Source: the human T2T-CHM13v2.0 reference genome, Homo sapiens
Direction: 5' to 3' (one strand)
DNA length: 64,000 bases
NCBI RefSeq assembly: GCF_009914755.1
Contig: NC_060925.1
Shown here: piece after piece, positions 54,426-64,000 of the stretch
Numbering within the stretch: position 1 is the first letter of the stretch
Layout of the letters: the number at the start of each line of letters is the position of its first letter
Notes under the pieces: generated by a model
What the model was told of the DNA's origin: nothing
The model's database searches: none
What the model saw: the letters and a program-made list of their open reading frames with translations, nothing else
Program-made: the position numbers and the translations under genes

Positions 54426-55221
54426 AGCCCTCCTTTTCCCTAATCTTTACTGCTGTGGTGTCATAAGAAGGGTTGATGCCGTTTGTTTTTTCTTCTGCAA
54501 ATAACCCAACATGCCTTTGACCTGGGGACAGGAGAAAATAATTGTTCTGCACACAAAAGGGAAAGAGCACGTGCCTGCTGCCTACTTCAAAGGATCTAAT
54601 GGGCCTAAATCCTAATTTCACCTGTTTGGTATATTAATGAACTCTCTCTAGGAACCAGATAACCCCATGTGTCTCACATTTTACATTACAGTTTCACAAC
54701 CTAGAGGTGTATCCAAATTCAGAATCTTTATTCCTCCTTCAAATGTGCACTTCTATAGATATAGCTGTTACTGTCTTTCTGGCACTTTGGGGTTTAAGCA
54801 TGAAACTGAGTGTGAGCTACAACTATGTGGACTTAGTGTGGTGAAAAGAAGTTTTAGTATCCTTTTAGATCAGAAAAGTTCATTCCCAATATAGGGAAAA
54901 AATGCTGTAGATATAATACTTATGATATATTTTTAGGATAATAAGTAAGACGTTTTACAGGAATATGAAGAAATTGAGGGAAGCTATGTACTCTCACAAG
55001 TAATAAAGTAGCCACCTAAGAAGGTTTGTGATGTTTAAATGAATTGATAAATAAATTGCTTAACAAGTCACTCATTATTAGCTACTCAAAATTATAGTAC
55101 CAACAAATTCTAACTCCAATGGATTTTTCAAAGACTTTAGAAGTCAGTGTGTTAGCCATAGTATTTAAATATTAAAAAAACTTTATATAACACGTCATTA
55201 TTTGGTGCTAAGCTGTCTTTA

Positions 55222-58200
55222 TTTAACATTTTATTTTAAAATAACAACAATTCCTAGGAAGTTACAAAAAAAGTACAGACATAATCCTCTGTACCTTTCA
55301 TCCAGGTTCTACTAATGATCGTATTTTACATCAGTAAAGCACAATATCAGAAACAGGAAATTAATAGGCATAATTTATGTGTATAGTTATATACCAGTCA
55401 AGATCAGTACTATTCTATCACTACAAAGATATGCTCAGTTCCACCTCTTTGCAGTTACAACAATCCCTCCACTTCCAACTGTACCTAACCCCTGGCAAAC
55501 ACTACCCAATCGTTTTTATCTTCATAACTTTTTAATTTTGAAAGTGTAATACACATGAAATCAGACAATACATGGTTTTCTCTAATTGGCTTTTTTCTTT
55601 ACTTATCATAATGCCCTCACGATACATCAAAGTTATTGTCTGTACCAGTATACATTCAAAATGTTCATTCTTGTTATTGATGAATATAAATTTATGGTAT
55701 GTGCAATACACTTTGTGTAATAATTTACATAATGAGGAACATTTTGGTTGTTTCTAGTTTTTGACTACCGTAAATAAAATAAACCATTTCCATTTCATGT
55801 AATTTTAGATATGTTAAGGCTTGAGTCTGCCATTTTATTTTTTTCTCTTGTCATTCCTTGTTTTTGCTTTCCGTTTTCTTTTTGTCCTGCTTTTCTATGC
55901 ATAAAATTTTCTTAAAATTTTACTTGATTTACCTGTAGTATTTTAGAATGTATCCCTTTGTATGTATTTGTTTTAAATGGCTGTTTGAGGTTTTACACTA
56001 TGCGTACAAAACTTATCATGGTGGACTAGTGTAGGTATTTTACCAGTTTGAATAAATTGTAGAAAACTTACCTCCCCTTTAAGTTCCTTTACTCTCATTC
56101 ATTTATAATGTAATTACCTTAAATATTCCCTCTACATGTATTGAGGATCATTCTAGACCATATTATAATGTTTGCTTTGGCCACCAAACGTAATTTAGAA
56201 AACACAAGATGAAAATGAAAGTTGATTTTATTTACCCATTTTTGTTTTTTTAACCTTCTGTTATTTCTTTCTGTTTAGGGAACTTTGCTAGCCATTAATT
56301 TAGGGAGGTCTTTAGTGACAAAATTATCTTAGTTTTCCTTCATTGGAAACCTACTAAAATCCATTCAATTTCAGAAGATTTTTGCTTGATATTGAATCAT
56401 AGTTAGCATTTTCTATTAGCACTTGAAAAATGTCACTTCCTTCTCATCCTCATAGTATTTGATCAAAATTATTAAAATTATTTTCTACCTATAGGTAAAT
56501 GTTGGTTCTCCCTTGTTTACAAGATTTATTTTCTTTGTATTTTCAAATATTATACTGTTGTGTGTCTTCGTGTGGATTTCTTTGTGTTTATCCTATTTAG
56601 GATTCTTTCAACTTCATAAACTTTAGGTTTATGTATTTATTTGCCAAATTTTGAAAATTCTCTGCTATTGTGTCTTTGACTAATTTTTAGCCTCTTCATT
56701 TTCCTCTTCTTGCAGGCTTCTGATGACAAGAAAGTTGGATCTTTTGTTAGAGTACTGCAGGTTCCCCAGGCTCTATTTATTTTCTTTCAGAATATTTTCT
56801 CACTGCTGTTCAGATTGAATAATTTCTATTGTTCCACCTTCCAGTTAAATATTTCTTTCCTTGTCTTATTAATTCTTCTGTTGAGCTTATCCTTTGTTCT
56901 GTTTTAGTTACAATTTTTACTTTTACCATCTCAATTTGGCATTTATTTTATAACATGTATTTCTTTGTTGACTGCTTGATTTTAAAAAAATTAACCTTGT
57001 CCACAGCAGGTATGGCCTTTGTGTTCAGCTCAGCGAGGTAATCTCTGGCTTGCATGATAGTAGTGTTTTTCCTTTGTTGGAAGATTTGAGTTATTCAAAA
57101 TAGTCTACAGAGTTATTTATGCAAGAGGCTAGGCACATCAGATAATATTTAGCATGAGGAAAACCCTTACCAGAAAGACAAACAATGTGATGTAGCGTGG
57201 GAGCTTTGGTTCACACAGTATCCATTGACCTGGAGACTAAGATCAATCATATGGACAGTAAAATAATCAATTACGCCTTTGTGAGGGATACACTTCTTCC
57301 TTTGGCTGACTTTAAAATGTATCAATTTCTTGTAATTACTTATAACTGTAAGTGAAATAACCTTCAGTGATGTCTGTGGGTCCTTCAAGTAAATTATCAA
57401 AATTGAGGGGGGTTTTGGAAAACTCCTTAAGTTGCAGTTGGTGTCATAAATGAGCGTAGAAGTACACTGTGAGAACTGTTACCTGTGACTTAGCAATCAA
57501 TCTAACTTGTCACATTGAGACTTTGCATTTTTTCTTTATTTTCAAGCATGTTCATAATTTTCAAGGAAGCATGTTTTTGATGGCTCTTTTTCAATCTCTG
57601 TCAGATAATTCTAGCAACTGTATTACCTTCTCATTGGCATCTTTTGATGCTCTTTTCTCAGTTGAGATGTTTTGGTATTTCATGTAAGTAATTTCAATTT
57701 AATTTTAAATTGAAATTTGGGAATTTAAATTTTAAGTTTAAAAAAATTAAATTTGGGAATTTAAAATTCCCAAATTTTAGGTATTATTTGGGAACTACTA
57801 GGTCTTATTTAAATGTGTTTTTGTAACTCATGTCTGACTCTGCTCAAAGGGGGAATAAAGATAATGACAGATTAAAGGCAGGTTAGCATTGAAGTTTTAA
57901 GTTCCAAATTTGTCTTCCATTGAAACACCTGGGGAACAGAGCTTCTCATTACAGCTGGGAAGGATGGGTGTTAGGTCAGTTTTCCCATGAGGTTTTTGCT
58001 GATACCATCCTGATAATGGGGGATGGATGCCTCATTAATGCTCTGCAGATATCTCCACTGATACTGCTGGGGTTTGAGCTTGTGAGAAAAGTCCTGACTT
58101 TCTGACTTTCCAGTAGAAGTTCTTTGTCACAGTGTAGATGGCTGTAATCATTACCACTCGGTGGGGATGAAAGTCCAGGCTCCCCACTTGGCTTTCTATC

Positions 58201-58625
58201 ATACCACCACAATAGGGTGGTTTGGAGCACTTCAGGATAGCCTGATAAAGGCAGAAACCCAGACTCCCTACTTGACCTTTAATGACAGGAGTAGGTTAGG
58301 GCTGCAGCATTTTATGTGGTGTTTGGCAGGAGCAGGACAATTGTTGTCTATCTTGCTAGGTTGCCACTTTCCTGATTCTGTGCCTAGAGAGAGCAGACTT
58401 TTCTTTTGTCTGTTCCCATTGGTATTTTCAAGTTTCTGGAGCATGTACCATATATATAGTGCATGATATATGAGGCAAAAAATATTTTAAAAAAGCAACA
58501 ACAAAGCTCCAAAGAATTGATAGCTGTATTTCTTCTCATGTCCTATAGTCCTTCTCCAGAATGTGAATGTCTCTGCACTTCTTAAAGTCTCATGTTGATT
58601 TTTACATAGATTGTAATAGTTTTTA
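55222..58625 (-). mobile_element. Old L1 (L1MC/MD-like), internally deleted: 3' UTR, ORF1 region and 5' region
   Basis: 3' UTR reverse cctctgtacctttcatccagg...cctaacccctggcaa at 55280-55500; ORF1 antisense gtgtggatttctttgtgtttatcctatttaggattc at 56570. Confidence 0.7.
56995..57515 (+). mobile_element. ERVL LTR (MER77/MER68/MER21-like) inserted in L1
   Basis: tctgtgggtccttcaagtaaattatcaaaattgagggggg..ttggaaaactcc..aagttgcagttggtgtca. Confidence 0.6.
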
Positions 58626-58644
58626 GCTAAAATTCTTTAGTTTA

Positions 58645-59337
58645 AGGAGGCTGACAAGGATATGGAGAAAAGAGAATGCTTGTACACTGTTGGTGGGAAT
58701 ATAAATTAGTTCAGCCACTGTGGAAAGCCATCTGAAGATTTCTCAAAGAACTTAAAACAGAGCTACCATTCCACCCAGCAATCCCATTATTGTTTATATA
58801 CCCAAAAGGAAATAGCTCATTATACCAAAAAGACACATGCACTCATATGTTCATCACAACACCTTTCACAATAGCTCAGACATGCAATCAACCTAAGCGC
58901 CCATTAATGATGGATTAGATAAATAAAATGTGGTCCAAATAAATGATGGTCTACTATACAGCCATAAAAATAGCAAAATCATTTCCTTTACAGCAATGTG
59001 GATGCAGCTGGAGGCCAATACCCTAAGCAAATTAACGCAAAAACAGAAAAAAAATACTTTGTCTTCTCACGTATAGACGTATAGTGTGAGCTAAACTTTG
59101 GGCACTCATGTACATAAACGTAGCAAAAATAGATAGTGAGTACTACTAGAAGTGGGAAGGAGGGAGGGAGACAAGATTTGGAAAACTACCTATCATATAC
59201 TATATTCACTACCTGGGTGATGGGATCAATCATACCCTAACCTCAGCATCAAGCAATACACCCATGCAACAAACCTGCACATGCACTCTCTTAATCTAAA
59301 GTAAAAGTAGAAATTATTTTTTAAAAAGAAAAAAAAT
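58645..59337 (+). mobile_element. L1PA16/17-like 3' end
   Basis: gagaaaagagaatgcttgtacactgttggtgggaat...cctgggtgatgggatcaatcataccctaacctcagcatc...A tail. Confidence 0.88.
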
Positions 59338-59865
59338 GAAATCCCTACCATATTCCATACATAAACATAAACTCAAAGTGGATTAAAGACTTAAGTCCTG
59401 AAGCTTTAAAACTCTTAAAAGAAGACAGAGGAAGAACTTCATGACATTTGCCTTGCCAATTATTTCGTAGTTATGACACCAAAAGCTTGGGTAACAACAA
59501 CAACATAATGAACATGTAGGACTGCATCAAATTAAACAGCTTTTGCACAGCAAAGGAAATAATCAACAGACTGAAAATGCAAGCCATAGAATGGGAGAAA
59601 ATATTTGCAAATATTTTATATCTGATAATGGGTTTATTTCCAAAATCAATAAGGAACTCATACAACTCAATAGTCAAAAACCAATAATCTAATTGAAAAA
59701 TGGACTCGAATAGATATTTCTCCAAAGAAGAAATACAAATGACCAACAGGTTTATAAAAAATGCTCAAGTCCCTGGTCATCAGGGAAATGCAAATCAAAA
59801 CCACAATGAGATAACATTTCACATCTCTCAGGATAGCTATTATCAAAAAAGAAAACAGACCAAAA
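59338..59865 (+). mobile_element. L1M(A/B) ORF2 fragment
   Basis: aactcaaagtggattaaagactt...cagggaaatgcaaatcaaaaccacaatgagata. Confidence 0.85.
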
Positions 59866-60271
59866 AACAAAGAACAAGAAGTCACAAACCCACATTTTAA
59901 GAATAAATTGAATCTCTTAGATATTATCATATTTGTAAATTATACATAAATAGAAAATTGGCTAAGCTGGCACAGAAATCTACCCACTTGACTCTAAGAA
60001 GTTATAATTGCATAGATTACAAAGGTGCAAAATTAGTAGAAATAATGTAGACATCCATGTCTCCTGCATGTATTTCTATCTTGAATGTATATAATGCCAT
60101 CTACTAGATTATAGTACTCAAATACAAATATTTGATCTAAAAATGTATAATAGCTGAATAAAACATCTGCAGGCAATAGAGTTACCCTATCAGGGATGTA
60201 CAACGATAAAATAATTATCTAGTCTACAAGCAAAAGGAATAGACTTTAAAAGGATATTTAAAAGTACAGTT

Positions 60272-60470
60272 ATTTCTTTGTGTTGGGAATATTCAATATC
60301 ATCCTTCTAGCTATTTGAAACTATATATTACTGAATGTTCCCAACAAAAAGGAAAGAGGTTTGTTTGAGATAATGAATACGCTAATTACTCTGATCTGAC
60401 ACCATACATTATATTTATGAAAATATCCCTGTGTATCCCATAAATATATACAATTATTGTTTGTCAACTT
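60272..60470 (+). mobile_element. L1MA 3' UTR fragment with 5' inversion
   Basis: Forward tgaatgttcccaac...gctaattactctgatctg...cccataaatatatacaattattg, preceded by an inverted piece at 60272-60331. Confidence 0.75.
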
Positions 60471-60506
60471 GGTCATTTATATATATATTTTTTAAATTAA
60501 AGTAAA

Positions 60507-60808
60507 GGCTGGTCACGGTGGCTGAAGCCTGTAATCTCAGCACTTTTGGAGGCCGAGACGGGTGGATTACCTGAGGTCAGGAGTTTAACATCAGCCTGGC
60601 CAACATGCTGAAACCCCATCTCTACTAAAAATACAAAAAAATTAGCCAGACATCGTGGCAGGTGTCTGTAATCCCAGCTACTTGGAAGGCTGAGGCTTGA
60701 ACCCAGAAGGCAGAGGTTGCAATGAGCCGAGATGGCACCACTGCACTCCAGCCAGGGCAACGAGAGTGAAACTCCATCTCAAAACAAACATACAAACCAA
60801 CAAACAAA
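60507..60808 (+). mobile_element. AluSq/Sx-like with an 11-bp internal deletion and (CAAA)-like tail
   Basis: cctgaggtcaggagtt; gggcaacgagagtgaaactcc; TSD aaagtaaa. Confidence 0.92.
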
Positions 60809-61514
60809 AAAGTAAAATTAGTTCAGGTATATTTATAAAACACCTTTTTTTGCCTAGATCCAGGAAATAAAATATATTGTGGATTTAAAATACGAAAATA
60901 AAGGCCACATCTTTTTACAACAGTGCATGGTGAAGTCTGAGTTTGTGAGCCAAAAGGTCAATAAACATAAAGGTTCTTCTTGGTACTTTCACAGTATTCA
61001 TTCATTCTGTTTCCTTTACCAGACTTAGCCTGAGTGCCTTTCCAAAACACAAACCCTATTTATTTCACATTTTAATCTTTAGCACCTCACGTCTCAATAA
61101 ATAAAATGGTTAATTAAACTCAGTTTACTCATTTAAAAATTCATGGGCAGAAACTCACATTATGTTAGGAATATAACTTCTCCAAATTCAGAAGTGGTGC
61201 TTGGTAAAGTGGTATGGTAAATAGAAAAAAAAAATAACTCTTTTTAAGAAAAATCATATTCTCCCAGTTTCAAGATTTATTGTGCCTAGGGAACCAGGAT
61301 TCTATATTTTTAAAGGACTTCCTAGATGAGTCTGGTTAGGTTTGGACACTCTGAAATAGATCTGTATCTTCCTTTTACAAATAATTAACCAGTATTAAAC
61401 TGTGTGATCTAGAATAACAGCCAGTGAAAACGCAGAGTTTGTGTTAGAACTTAGATTCCAACATTCTTAGGGCAAGGGCTTTTCAAACCCCTGGGTGAAG
61501 TACTATTATATATG

Positions 61515-64000
<2,486 letters not shown>

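Noticed and set aside
60095-60108. CTCF-like motif (minus strand CTAGTAGATGGCA)
   Set aside because: It has a mismatch at a high-information core position and AT-rich flanks, so it is unsupported without ChIP data.

Overview
This is AT-rich, repeat-dense primate genomic DNA (AluY present; most likely human). It contains one recognisable coding exon, 223 bp on the minus strand (35083-35305), with canonical AG/GT sites. The exon encodes (D)EFKLFMKRLPMNYFLNTSTIMHLWTMDSNFQRRYEQLENSMKQLFLKAQKIVHKLFSLSKRCHKQPLISLPRQ(R), which I recognise as the penultimate exon (exon 7) of BRINP3/FAM5C on human 1q31. The rest is its two very large flanking introns. They are filled with Alu, MIR, L2, L1, MaLR (MLT1/THE1), ERVL LTR and internal sequence, and hAT/Tigger fossils. 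All other ORFs in the track are repeat-derived or spurious. I found no evidence of a novel multi-gene biological system. The observations most worth following up are: oppositely oriented Alus bracketing the exon, an immediate stop codon after either donor read-through or back-splicing, several template-switch scars (an Alu with an internal micro-inversion, twin palindromes, an inverted-duplicated L1 3' end), a degraded ERVL provirus with gag-pro-RT remnants, and a gene-sense MaLR provirus. Repeat subfamily names come from remembered consensus sequences, not from a search. Boundaries of old repeats are approximate.
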